DNA from: Tubiluchus corallicola
Lineage: Eukaryota; Animalia; Priapulida
Assembly: GCA_030141605.1 (NCBI GenBank)
Contig: JAQGDQ010000301.1
Span: forward strand, 1-64,000
Length of the DNA stretch: 64,000 bases
Direction: 5' to 3'
Shown here: in pieces, positions 11,599-24,140 of the stretch
How positions within the stretch are numbered: the stretch's first letter is position 1
Layout of the letters: each line of letters opens with the position of its first letter
Made by a program: the position numbers and the translations under genes
Notes under the pieces: model-generated
Told to the model about the DNA's origin: nothing
Databases searched by the model: none
What the model saw: the letters and a program-made list of their open reading frames with translations, nothing else

Positions 11599-14419
11599 GT
11601 CACTGGAACATACAATTATACTGAAGGTATGTTAGCTGGTAAAATGTAACAAGATTAGCACATAGATGGCAGCACTAACTACAACGTAAAATGCCAACTT
11701 CCACATATTTTTTATACTTATATGAAAATCCCTTCATTTTGTTTTTTTTTATCTAACAATTCAAAATACTAGCTTTTCTTTAGATAGTTCTTTAATATTA
11801 TTTGGTGTGTTTGAGCATTTTATAGTAAAATTGTTTGTTAACGCTGAGAGCATGAATAATAGCAATGTCTGAACTTCAACAAATTACCATAATTTTGATT
11901 TACGCAAACACTTTATTATTTAACATTTATTGATAAAAAGTAAATTCCACGAACATCTCGGAACAGGAAAATCGGTTGCAGCTATGCAAAAGTACGAGTT
12001 ACACAATGTTCATAAGAAAACAATATTTAGTCAATCATCGACGTCGGACAAAATACTAGTAACACCAACAGCGTGTGAAAATGAAAAACGAAGACTTTAG
12101 TCAAACATTTTTCACATAACAATTTTTATGAATAACAAAAATAAAATGACTGGTTCATCTTTATTGTATACTGGGTAGCATATTCTTAATAGAATTCGGC
12201 AAAAATAACATTGTGGTCTATATTAAACCATATTTGTTAAGCCATGTTATGTGCATGTTCAACTAAGGTAATACAAGAAATTTTAGCATTTAAATGCTAC
12301 GCTGTTGCATAAGGCCTGATGCTTGGAAGGCTGTTCAAGATTGGTCAGCTAATTTCATTCATATTCTTAAGAATTGTCCTGGGAATTCTGTTCGGGAAAA
12401 TACGAAAAAAAAACTACTAAAATTCCGCTTGCTGGCAATCCACAACGGGCATAGTTTTTTCTAAAACTAAACCGTTGTCATTTTATAGCCCTCAATATGC
12501 CAGAGTCGTATATTGAGGATATACGGGAAGATACGGGAAAATACCAAAAAAAACTTTCACAATTAAATTTTTGCCAAATAAATTTAATTCCCTGAAAAAT
12601 TTTTTTCTCAGAATTACCATTTTCCAGAACCGTCATTTCACAGAAAATAAAATTCACATAAATCACATCAAAAGATGTGGTCAACTCGTTAAAGCAAGAA
12701 AGTAGTTTTGTAACTTCAGAACTGTTAGGCAGTGAATAATTTGTTCTTTGCGTGTACACAATAGCGAGCAGTGATTTTGTGTGATTGTCTACCAAAGTTA
12801 AGTGCTACTTTACTTGCTACTAATCCCAAACATTTTTCATACATATTTAGAGTTTTCACGCGGCCTACAAATAGCATTTTTCCACAAGCTAAATTATTTT
12901 ACAAACTCCAAAGAGAACAGCGAGCAGTGTAAATTGTTTAGCAGTGATAAATTCCGCTGTGTCTTGAAAATTTTATGTTGAGTAACAAATTAAGAGCTGA
13001 ATATTTTTTTTGCTCTGTTTAATTAAGTAATTAATAAAGCTCCCCATTTCAGTTGTACATTAAGTGCTTTAACTAGTCCAATGTAAGGCTAATATTATTA
13101 ACATGAGAAAAGTGCCTATTTATTTTACAGATTTTATTTTCCACTCATTGTAAAAAGGACACGTTTTAGGTAGGACACTAAAAAGACCAAAAAAGTAGAC
13201 CAGTCGAGTTATCTGTATTGCAATCCTTAATCTTATATTTAGCTAAGCATATTTTTCTTTGAGTTAATTTGTGTTTTATGAATTGTTTTCATTTCTAGAT
13301 AAGGGTTGTATGGCGATGTGCACAAAAAACTCAGTTTTCGGTAAGCTATTTTTTGCCACACAGATGCTGGCATCAGACATTTGATGAAGCATGCCACTAC
13401 ACAGCGATAGGAAAGTGCCTCATCTTTAATAAATTGCACAATATCATCAATTGTACGTGAGATGAATACATTCAATATATGCCCTGCTCTATGGGTTGGG
13501 TTGGTGACGTGTTGAAATAGGCCAGGTAAAATTTAAGCAAGTCTAAATAATTGATTGCATCGAAATCGCTTGTCCGTGTAAAAATTGAAGTCAACAGTGA
13601 TGACATGTTTTTCTGATAATACAATTACAACTTCAAGTTAACTGCCAAATTGCTCAAGAAATAGTTTTTTATTTCATTATATTGACGCATTATTCTTTTT
13701 GCTAGGAAGAGGTCTGTACACAACAACAACAGGCTGGTACAAAATTGAGCAGACATTTACTTCTGAAGACGGAACAGTAATTTTGATTAATTTTCGTATT
13801 CCATGTTTATGCCACTATTATTAAGATGAGAACAACAATTTTTTACACTGTTTCCGGTGAGCTGCACTAAGTGGATCGCGTCTGAAGTCGAACTAAACTT
13901 GGCTTAAGTTGTCTGATGGGTGGTGTCATGAATGAGAACAATTATATTGTTTTCTATCTGTAACTGTAAGCAAAAATGTAAGCAAAATTGGCAGCTCAAC
14001 TTTTGGTAACAAAACATTTTTCCAACTCCATGCTTTTAGACGTTATTGTCTTCTTACACAAGAACAACTGTTGAGATTTACTTCACAAATTCATGTACAC
14101 AAAGCTGAGATTCCTGGGCACAGGATCCCACTCCTATAATGTATCCTGGTGAGTCCTGGTTTGCCTCCTTGTTGATCTATCCATCAGTCTGCATAGGCCA
14201 CACAACATACGTGATCTAAGAAATTAAACTGAGTTACGTTTTAATTTTTAGAATAGCATGAATATTATTAAGTCAGCATGCTGAAATCTGATTGCACCCA
14301 TTATCGTTTATTTTTGTGTAGCTGATTTTCATATGAACGTTTTTATGCATAGTTTGTATGAGGTGTAATGTAATATGTAAAATAATATATAATTTATAAT
14401 ATATAATAATAATAAATTA

Positions 14420-16480
14420 ATCACATATCCTCAATGTATAGTAAATCATTTTAATGACCATTTTTCGCAGATTGGACAAAAATTAGCTGGTAATATAGAA
14501 AATGTTAATATCAACTATGAAACTTATTTAAGAGGAAATTATCCTTCTACCTTTTTCTTTACACCTGTCATGGAATCTGATATTATAAGTATATGCAAGT
14601 CATTTGATCGAAATAAGGGAGCTGGCAGGGATAATTTGCACCCCAAAGTTATTATAGATGTAATTGAAAGTATCATTACCAATTTGACACACATAATTAA
14701 TAATTCACTTAAAACTGGCACTGTTTCTTCTAAATTGAAACAATCAATTATTATCCCAATCTTCAAATCCAAGGATTCTCTGGACGTAAATAATTATAGA
14801 CCTATCTCGCTGTTACCGTTTTTCTCAAAAATATTAGAAAAAGTTGTTTACAATAAAATATTGTCGGATTTGGATCATCAAAACATAATAAACAATAAGC
14901 AGTTTGGTTTTCGGAAAAACAGTTCAACCGAATTGGCTTTGATAAATATTGTAGAGAGTATAACTAAATGCATTGAACAAAATAAAGTAGCAGTAGGGAT
15001 ATTTTCTTAGGCGTTTGACACAGTTAATCATAAAATACTTCTTGCAAAACTACATCATTACTGTCTAAGAGGGGTAGCAAACACATGGATATCTAGCTTC
15101 ATGGGAGAACACAAGTGGTTCGACATAATAATGTAATTTCAAATGAAGCTTCTATAACCCATGGGGTACCACAAGGCCCAATCTTAGGTCCATTGCTATT
15201 TTTAATATATATAAATGACATAACATATTCTTTAGATAGTCCAAATCTGTTCCAGTTTACAACAGATACGAGCATATTCTTTGAATTAAACAAGGCTGAT
15301 AATTTAATGTATATCAACCGTCACTTACAAAATATTGGTTGGTTTAAAACGAATAAGTTCTCATTAAATTCTGCAAAAAGTAAATCTATCATTTTTAGAG
15401 CAAGACACAAGAAAATTCCAATTAATAATGGTGATATTAAAATCAATAATTCCTCAATTGAAATCATACAGGAAATGAAATTTTTCGTAATCATTCTAAA
15501 CGAGCACATGGATTGGAAGCCGCACATAGACTTGATTAAAAGTAAAATTTCAAAAAGTATAGGTGTCATATGTAGGACTAAAAATTGCTTTACTAATTTA
15601 CACCTAATAACCTTATGCAATTGTTTAATATTACCATACGTCACATACTGTTGTCTCCTTTGGGGACACACATATACAACTAATATAAATAAATTACGGG
15701 TTATCCAAAGAAAATTTCTTAGAATCACCTGTAATCTTAGAAAAAGAGAACATCTTAGTTTAACATGTTTTAAAACTAATAAAATTTTAACTGTTGACGA
15801 TTTAATACACATGAATACAGCTACATACATGTATAAAACTAAATATAATCTCTTTCCAACGTTCTTGAATAATCCAGTCCAACCAAATAATCGGCGTTAT
15901 GCAACCAGAATGAATGAGTTTGTCGTAAATTTCTGTAGAACAGACGTGGCACAGCAATTCATTGCAAATGTTGGTTCAAGGCTTTGGAATGACATAAATG
16001 ATGAATTAAAAACTGTTCAGCCAATTCAAAAATTTAAAAAGAAATATAGGGCAATGATTCTCAACAAGTACAACACTTCCTAATTTCCCACACCTACTGC
16101 AGCAGTCATACCACAATCCTGGTACAGATTATGCAAAACCAGGCATCATTGATAAATCTTTAGAGCTGATGTCAACATAGCGCAATCTATTATCTTTCTT
16201 CCTACCATTTCCACTAACACATCTTTCTACCCTTCCTTTGTGATCTAACCTTTCTCTCAGTTCTTTTTTTTGTTCACTCATCCATTTTTTTATCAGGTTC
16301 ACATGACAGTGGGCTTATACAAGCCTTTGCTTCTCTAGTCCACTGCAGTACAATTATTATTTTATTATAACGATAGTGTATGAAACATAACAATTTAATA
16401 TAGTAGATGTAATAATTTTGATGTCACTGTGTGCTTTATATTGTACTGAATGTGATAATAATAGTAAATAAAAAATAAAA
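14420..16480 (+). mobile_element. 5'-truncated L2/CR1-group LINE (Crack/Daphne-like), RT pseudogene with 3' UTR and A-rich tail
   Basis: NHFNDHF, IIPIFKS, NYRPISLLPFFSKILEKVVY, QFGFRK, AFDTVNH and GVPQGPILGPLLFLIYIND. The catalytic FADD is degraded to FTTD and there are frameshifts. 3' stem-loop CAGTGG..CCACTG (~16307-16345), then an AATAAA/A-rich end. Confidence 0.9.
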
Positions 16481-16594
16481 TTTTTTTTAAAAGCTAACAT
16501 AGTATGCCAACACCGGAACTAATATATTTGGATGAAGATTAACACTAAGTTATTACTCTTATTTTAGATATGGTACTGGCTCTTTTAAATAGCG

Positions 16595-17677
16595 CTACTT
16601 TTTCATTATTCTCAGAATTTTTCTTTTCCTGTATAAAATTGTTGAAACGTTCCAGTTTGCTGTGAGATGTTTAAATCTTTCAGTTCCATAAACTCTGTGT
16701 GCATTCCATGCTAAGTAGCTTCTACCATGATCTGTTTCCACATTCAGAAAGAAATAACCTCCTGGTTTTACTAAGCACCAGGCCTGAGCCATTGCTTCAA
16801 GATCTCCACTTGGGTTCAATGCATCACCATAGCGTCCAAGTCCACTGTGTTCTATTGAAGAATAACTGATTCCAAAATCAAACAATGGCCTTGGATGACG
16901 AAGATATTGCTCTGATAGGTTTTTAGGCAAAATTGTTGATATTTTACTATGGTTTGACACAAGATCACTGTAATCCATTGTTGTGATGTGACCAACGTTT
17001 CTATTAAGCAGTAAAGCTTCGATCCATGGATATTCAGTGCCAATAACAAAACCATGTTTACCTTCTATCTTTTCTCTGTACATATCTAAAGCTTCCTCTA
17101 CGACTTGCATTGCGTGAATGCCATAAACTGAAATGTTCTTTCCTTCTGATGCAGTTTTTTGCAACTGTGACATTAACTCCGGTGTAAACAATTCTTTTCT
17201 AGTTTTTGCATAGTTGGAAGCAAAGTACCATCGTTGCTGTAAAACTAATGGCATTTTTCCATACATTGTAAATTCATCAAATAATTTACTTGGTGGCGCA
17301 CGTGGAGGAGGCCATTGCTCAGCTGGTTTCTCTAAATACAAACGCTGCATAAGAGAAAGACAGTCAAAGTGTTTATGTAACATTGGATAGTCCAAGCCAG
17401 GCGACTGTTGAAAATGTTGACTGTTGATATCACAGGCTTGTCCACAGTAAATATCACTCTTGTTTATTTCACTAAAGCACGGCAACAAAAAGTTTTCTGC
17501 GGCTTTGCTATAATTAAAAGAATTTGTTTTATTGATGTGAATGTTACCGTGGCTAAACAGCAAAATACTTCGTTGTGCAATAAGAAATAAAACAGCAAGA
17601 ACTAATCCGCTGTAAAAGTATGCTCTTCTCTTATGATATCTGAAAGAAACAATAACAGATATGACGCCTATCCTCAT
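16595..17677 (-). CDS. DUF268-family protein (SAM-dependent methyltransferase-like fold), predicted type II membrane, single coding exon
   Basis: Intact 360-aa ORF. TM segment YFYSGLVLAVLFLIA; motifs GFVIGTEYPWIEALLL, ITTMDY, FDFGISYSSIEHSGLGRYGDALNPSGDLEAM, CLVKPGGYFFL and WNAHRVYG, recalled as characteristic of DUF268. Confidence 0.88.
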   Translation of the reverse strand: MRIGVISVIVSFRYHKRRAYFYSGLVLAVLFLIAQRSILLFSHGNIHINKTNSFNYSKAAENFLLPCFSEINKSDIYCGQACDINSQHFQQSPGLDYPMLHKHFDCLSLMQRLYLEKPAEQWPPPRAPPSKLFDEFTMYGKMPLVLQQRWYFASNYAKTRKELFTPELMSQLQKTASEGKNISVYGIHAMQVVEEALDMYREKIEGKHGFVIGTEYPWIEALLLNRNVGHITTMDYSDLVSNHSKISTILPKNLSEQYLRHPRPLFDFGISYSSIEHSGLGRYGDALNPSGDLEAMAQAWCLVKPGGYFFLNVETDHGRSYLAWNAHRVYGTERFKHLTANWNVSTILYRKRKILRIMKK

Positions 17678-18719
17678 CGTTCAATATAGAGGTGTAACGC
17701 GTATTAGTCGTTATTATACGCTCATAAACTAAGATTGTTTCACTGTCGAACAGTAAGATTTTGGCCTGAACGCTCGCATCTTTTCTTAAAGCATCCTGTC
17801 ATAATAGCTGACATTCTGACGTATGAGCAACATTCAATAAATGAGACAGCTTAAGTTTCCTTACCTGAATGCCCTATTATGAATGAGCGAGCTTTCGTCA
17901 CTTGTATGAATATTATCATTCATTATCAGTCCTTGTATAAACTACACTGGCTGCCAACAGAATGAGGGATCAAATGTAACTATTCGTCAATTACGTTTAC
18001 GTGGCTTAGTGGAAACGTACCATTATACTTTTTAGATATACAATTCAGGAAAAACTATCCAGCGTAGCGTCAGTTTGACAGATGACAGTTCACTTTTCTA
18101 TCCAAGATTTTAAAACTTTTGGTAGGCATTTGCGCATTTTTATTGCGGCACCAGCGCTCTGGGATTTTATAACAAAAGAAAATCGTTTTTTTAAATTCTA
18201 CGATAACCTTCAAGAAAGCTGTCAAAACAAACTTGTTTCTCGAAGATTCTAGTGAATCGTTTTGGACTATCCCTGTTTTACTCATTTGTGCTTTAAAGGG
18301 GAAATTTCATGAAAATCAAGTTCAACTTATTTTATAGTTGCCCTCCCCGTGTACAACTTGAGGAAATATTTTGAGCAGCACGTTGTCTAATTATTGAGTA
18401 ACTATTTTTTTGTATCTGGCGGGAAAGTCTAAGAGAAATAAACCTGGTGGATTTACCGCCGCCTAACAAACAGGTGAGCGATTTTTATAAGAAACTGCTG
18501 CGATTATTGTTGTTTGCACACGTCCTAAGTCTCACTTTAAATTTTAAAGTTAAAAGTGGCGACAGGGATGTGCCTTTTCAGGGATTAAAATAAGAACTCA
18601 AGATTCCACGGGAAGAGATTTAGCTGATCGCTAGACTTCCCCTGGCATTAGCTTGTCTACAGAGAATATTTTTTCTTTACAGAATGATTAGTATAAAAGC
18701 CTAAAGCTTTTAGAAAAAC

Positions 18720-19185
18720 TACAACAGCAAGTGTGACATCAACATAATTATCATGATGATCACAATCACTATCATCATCATCAGCAACAATAGCAACAGC
18801 AAGAACAACAATGACAATGCTGACGATGACGGCGACTTACGACGACAAGAACAACAACAACATAGCAACAAGAAAAACTAAAACGACAACGACAATAACA
18901 ACAACAACAACAGCAACAGCAGCGACGACGACAACAACAACAACCGCAACACCAACAGCAACAGTAACGATGACTGCGACGAAGACGACGACAACAGTAA
19001 CAGCAACGACAGCAGGCGCAACAACAACAGCAACAATAACAGCAAGAGTTACAATAGAATAACTCCAGTAACAGCGACGATGACGATGACGACGACGACG
19101 ATGACGACAACAACAACAAAAACAATAACAGCAAGAGTGGCAATAGAATGAAGAGTAGTAACAGTGCCAAGAATGACGACACAGC
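18720..19185. repeat. Compound trinucleotide low-complexity tract (CAA/CAG/GAC/GAT)
   Basis: Directly visible; it explains the poly-Cys and poly-Thr ORFs. Confidence 0.9.
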
Positions 19186-19377
19186 CTTTGCGAAAAAGAT
19201 TTATTTAAAAAAGGAAATCAGTGGCAAGCAACAAGAATTAACGCTGGAGTCAAAAAAGTTTCTTCAAATATCCAAAAAATTGAAATTTGTTAAAATGTTG
19301 TTACTTTTGTGACTCAGTGTTTATTTCAGGGAGTAAATCATTTTCAAGGTTGGTCGTTACCCAGCAGTTCTCACGCT

Positions 19378-22300
19378 GCTAAGATTGTTGTGAAATTTGC
19401 TAAACCTTCAAAAAGCGAAATTATTATTGTAAGCCTATCAATCAGTATTAAATTCCAGGCATAATTATTGGGGATTAAAATCTTTCTTTGTCCGCTGGGA
19501 ATAACCTACCACTCAGGTAAACACTTCAAAAGGATTATAAATAAGCTGCTCTTTTGTGTGCAGAGAGAGCGCATCTCAAGATGTCTGCAATTTGGTGTTT
19601 TGTAAAATCTTCGAGATTATAAATTTCAAAAGCAATGGTTATTATTTCTGAAATCATTATTAAAAATTAGACAAAATTATAGAAGGTTAAAATCTTTCTT
19701 TGTTTGCAAGGTTTGAATGGCGCATCATCTCAAATGCTTTAGAAAATTTTAAAAAGCAATAAGCTCCTCTTTGTGTGCAGAGAGCGTGTCTTAAGAGGTC
19801 TGGATGCAATTCAGCGTTTTGCCGGGATTACAAGTTTCTACTGCGAATTCTGGAGAAAATTGTTGAAGATTAAAATTTTATTTTGTAGGGCTGTGTGATT
19901 AGCGTTTTGTGATCAACTCAAATGCTTAACAAGATTTATAATTAAGCAGCCCTCCTTTGTACAGACAGCGCCTCTCAAATGGTTCAGTATTTGACATTTT
20001 ATGTTATAAAATAAATTACAACTAAGTAAAGCTAATCTTACAGTCAGTTAATCTAAGTTACCTGAAGCTGTAAATCATCATGAAAAGTGCTGGTACAAGA
20101 AATGTAACAATGATTTAAAAAGTAAATGAAAGTTGATTAAAGAAAAATAAATTTTGTCTAGATTTATTCTGCCCTTCAAACTATGTATAAGGCAATGGGA
20201 GTTTCATTAATGCTGATAAATTACTGGTTTCTGAGGTCATAAATTTGGTCAACAATAAGTTTATTTTAACACAAAATTCATTTTACTGACCATTAACATT
20301 GACATTAACATTAACATGTAATACTGGAACTAAAGTTAATTTTTCAATAAAATAAATGCTAACATTCTGTATTAAATTTCCTTATTACAGAAAGCAATTT
20401 TCTAGTTTCAGCTGAACTAAATTTTGCAAACTGTTTTTAACATTGCTGTGTGTTTGTCTAAACAAAAGAATAGTTTCCATAAGATAGCTACGCTTCGCAA
20501 AGCATTTATCTCTAAAATAATTACCAGTTTATTATATAAACACCATTAATGACATTTCAAATCACAGCTTTTTGGTTGCGCGGTAAGAATCAAAAAGTGG
20601 GGAGTTCCTTGAAATTACGTTTTGGTATTTTCCCACAATATGAAATTTTATAAAGCTTCATGAGAAACACTTAGAGAAATGATGGTTCACAGCTCATAAT
20701 GATTATAATCAATACCACACGAGAGGCTTTCATATAATCATTTTAGAGGTTCATGTGCTAAATTCAGAGCTGCTAATGGCCCACTGACATCATGAGAAAC
20801 AATTAATGGCAAAATCCATTATTAACTAGCTTGATACCAAAAAGCAGGTTTATATCCTTATAAACTTGTGTGTTTCGCTTTGGTTAGCATTGAAAAACTC
20901 CAAATTTAGCACCGCGCAGACATCTTGCAAAAAAAGGAAAATAGGGAAGATTGTTGTGAAATTTGCAGAAACCTTCAAATAGCGAGGCTATTGTTGCCAG
21001 CTTATCAATCGCTATTAAATTCCAGACAGAATTATTGGTGATTAAAATCCTTCTTTGTCTGCAGGGAGTAACCTGCCACTCAGGTAAACACTTCAAAAGG
21101 ATTATAAATAAGGTGCTCTTCTGTGTGCAGAGAGAGCGCGTCTCAAGATGTCTGCAATTTGGTATTTTGCGAAATCTGCCGGCAGGATTATAAATTTCAA
21201 AAGCGAGGGTTATTATTTCTGAAATCATTATTAAATTCCAGACAAAATTATTGAAGATTAAAATCTTTATTTGTTTGCAGTGTGTGAACGGCGCATCATC
21301 TCAAATACTTGAGAAGATTTTAAAAAGCAATAAGCTCCTCTTTGTGTACAGAGAGCGTGTCTTAAGAGGTCTGGATGCAATCAGCGTTTTGCCGGGATTA
21401 CAAGTTTCTACTGCGAATTCTGGAGAAAATTGTTGAAAATTAAAATTGTATTTTGTAGGGCTGTGTGATTAGCATTTTGTGATCAATTCAAATACTTAAC
21501 AAGATTTATAATTAAGCAGCCCTCCTTTGCACAGACAGCGCCTCTCGAATGGTTTAGTATTTGACATTTTATGTCATAAAATAAATAACAACTAAGTAAA
21601 GCTAATCTTACAGTCAGTTAATGTAAGTTAGCTGAACCTGTAAATCATCATGAAAAGTGCTGGTACAAGAAATGTAGCAAGGATTTAAAAAGTAAACGAA
21701 AAATTGATTAAGTGCAAAATAATTTTTCAGAAATTGATAAAAAAAATTTGACTAGATTAATTCTGCCCTTCAAACTATGTATAAGGCAATGGGAGTTTCA
21801 TTGATTCTGATAAATTACTGATTTCTGAGGTCATAAATTTGGTCAACAATAAGTTTATTTTAACGCAAGACTGAATCATTTGACTGAACATTAACATTAA
21901 CATTAACATTAACATTAACATTAACATTAACATTAACATTAACATTAACATTAACATTAACATTAACATTAACATTAACATTAACATTAACATTAACATT
22001 AACATTAACATTAACATTAACATTAACATTAACATTAACATTAACGTTAACGTTAACGTTAACGTTAACATTAACATTAACATTAACATTAACATTAACA
22101 TTAACATTAACATTAACATTAACATTAACATTAATATGTAATACTGGAAAGTCAAGGCACTAAAGTTAAATTTTCAATAAAATAAATGATAACATTCTGT
22201 ATTAAACTTTCTTATTACATAAAGCAATTTTCTAGTTTCAGCTGAACTAAAGATGTTACAGTTTCAAGATTTATACATTTTGCAAACTTCTTTAACATTT

Positions 22301-22843
22301 CAACGTGTTTGCGCAAACAAGAAAAATAATTTCGATAAGATAGCTACGCTTCGCAAAAAAATGAATGACGTTTATTATATATAAACACAATTGATGACGT
22401 TTCACAACACACCTTTTGGGTTGCGCGGCAGGGTTCTAAAAGTGTGGAAGTTCGGTCAATTTACGTAAAACTACGAAATTACATAAAGTTTAATAAGAAA
22501 TACATTTGCTTTATTTTTGTTATAGAAGACACACGGATACTAATCAAAGTTGACATACAAACAAACAACTACGAAAATAATGTTTGACAATTCATAATGA
22601 TTTTATATCACACGAGAGGCTTTTGTATTAACATTTTATGGGCTGATATGCTAAATTCAGAGCTGCTAATGGTCCACGGACATCATGATAGACACTTGAT
22701 GACAAAATTCATTATTTAACTAGTCTGATACCAAAAAGCAGGTTTATACCTTTATAAACTTGTGTGTTGCGCTTTGGTTAGCATTGATACACTCCAAATT
22801 TAGCAGCGCATAGACATCTTGCGAAAAATGAAAAATCGGGGAA
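19378..22843. repeat. Head-to-tail tandem duplication: copy 1 ~19378-20946, copy 2 ~20947-22843
   Basis: Both copies start AAGATTGTTGTGAAATTTGC and end GACATCTTGC.AAAA..GAAAA..GGGAAGA, with long near-identical internal blocks (e.g. 19740-20120 vs 21310-21690). Confidence 0.9.
21887..22134. repeat. (TTAACA)n hexanucleotide microsatellite, ~41 units, with a block of TTAACG variants
   Basis: Directly visible. Confidence 0.95.
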
Positions 22844-22844
22844 G

Positions 22845-22940
22845 AAAGCGGAAGTGATGTCCTGTTAGGAACGACACTGCGCATGTGTGACTCTCGTTGA
22901 AGTTACATGTAGGCAAATCAAGGTTTACGCCGGTAATGGA
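22845..22940. promoter_or_regulatory. Candidate promoter with ETS/GABP-like and NRF1-like sites
   Basis: GCGGAAGTG at 22848-22856 and TGCGCATGTG at 22878-22887, in a locally GC-richer patch. Confidence 0.35.
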
Positions 22941-23739
22941 GAGACTGGTGTTCTGGTTGAAGCAATTTTAATATTAAGCTGAAATCATAGCTTTGTTCAC
23001 ACTTACTTGAATGCACAATATTTTAAATATGCAAAAATATTAGTAAAGAAGTACAACATGTAAAAGTTTTAGTGTGACATCACTCGTATTTCTTGCCGGC
23101 TTGATTTCTTGTTGCTGATAATTTTATGTTTTCTGATCATTTCTGCTTTTAAATATTTCACTGCCAAGTTACCTTTTGCTGTTCACACAATGCTTCTGAC
23201 AAGCAGTGATCAGTGTTTACCTTTTTCATTATATAAAATTGTAAAAATAACGGTAGATTCTTAGGTTCGATTGAAGAGAAAAGAACAAGACAATCAGGCA
23301 GTAAAGGCAATAAGATTTTGTTCCCTGTGCTTTAATGACGTTTTAGGCATGTGCAATCTGAAACTTGTTGAAAGAATGCCTCATTTTTAAATACTTAGGA
23401 AAACCTTTGTTGAATTTTTTTCGAACGTGCGAATGCTGTTTCTGAGCAGAAAAGTTTTAAATCTTTAAGTCAAAAATAATCTCAAAGTCTACAGCTTGGC
23501 TGCTGATTCGAGTGCATATCAGTTTTGTGCAGTATATATATATATAGGTACAATACACTGTAGGTGTACATGTAGCAGCCCAGAGTATCTTTTTCACTGT
23601 ATCTAGCAGGATAGTTGGGAGATTCTCTTTGTGGCAAAGGGAAAGGATATTCTATCAGAACTGGGGTCGCGTTTGTGCAAATTTTACATTAAAGTAACGT
23701 GTAAAAAATTAGTAGAAATATTTCAAAATGTGAAATATA

Positions 23740-23752
23740 TATATAAATCCAC

Positions 23753-23784
<32 letters not shown>

Positions 23785-24140
23785 ATCCACATATAACCTC
23801 CGACGACGGTACCATTGTGGAACGTCAAAGAAAAGGTGGGTTTTTTTAAACAGGCTCACTACAAGGAGCGAAAACCTCCAAAAATGGCCGTGTTTGATGT
23901 AATAGTCATATTTATATTTAGCTACGGCGTTCCGGCAGGGGCGTTTTAATGGCGCAATCCAGGCAAATTTTGCAAAAAACTACTCTATACAAAAACTGTT
24001 TGGGCAAGTTGGAAAAAATAAGCAAACTCGCAAAAAGAGTTCGAAACGGTCTACAAAATGTTGAAGGTTTCTTTAGGAGAGATGTACAAATGGACGAAAT
24101 GGGAGGCGTATATTTCGAAGTTCTTTTTCAGCTCCCCTAA
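23740..24140 (+). mobile_element. Diverged fragment of the local non-autonomous Helitron family (opposite orientation to 50491-52850)
   Basis: (TA)n followed by CCGACGACGGTACCATT..TCAAAGAAAAGGT and GCGAAAACCTCCAAAAATGGCC, matching the reverse complement of ~51060-51210. Confidence 0.55.

Noticed and set aside
15321-15830. 169-aa antisense ORF (likewise 4106-4567, 5293-5655, 32890-33240)
   Set aside because: Shadow ORFs opposite retrotransposon coding sequence.
18781-19182. Cys-rich, metallothionein-like ORF and Thr-rich ORF
   Set aside because: Artefacts of trinucleotide low-complexity DNA.
21775-22155. 126-aa (ML)n ORF; also a possible telomere-like repeat
   Set aside because: Translation of (TTAACA)n; it is not a G-rich telomeric motif.
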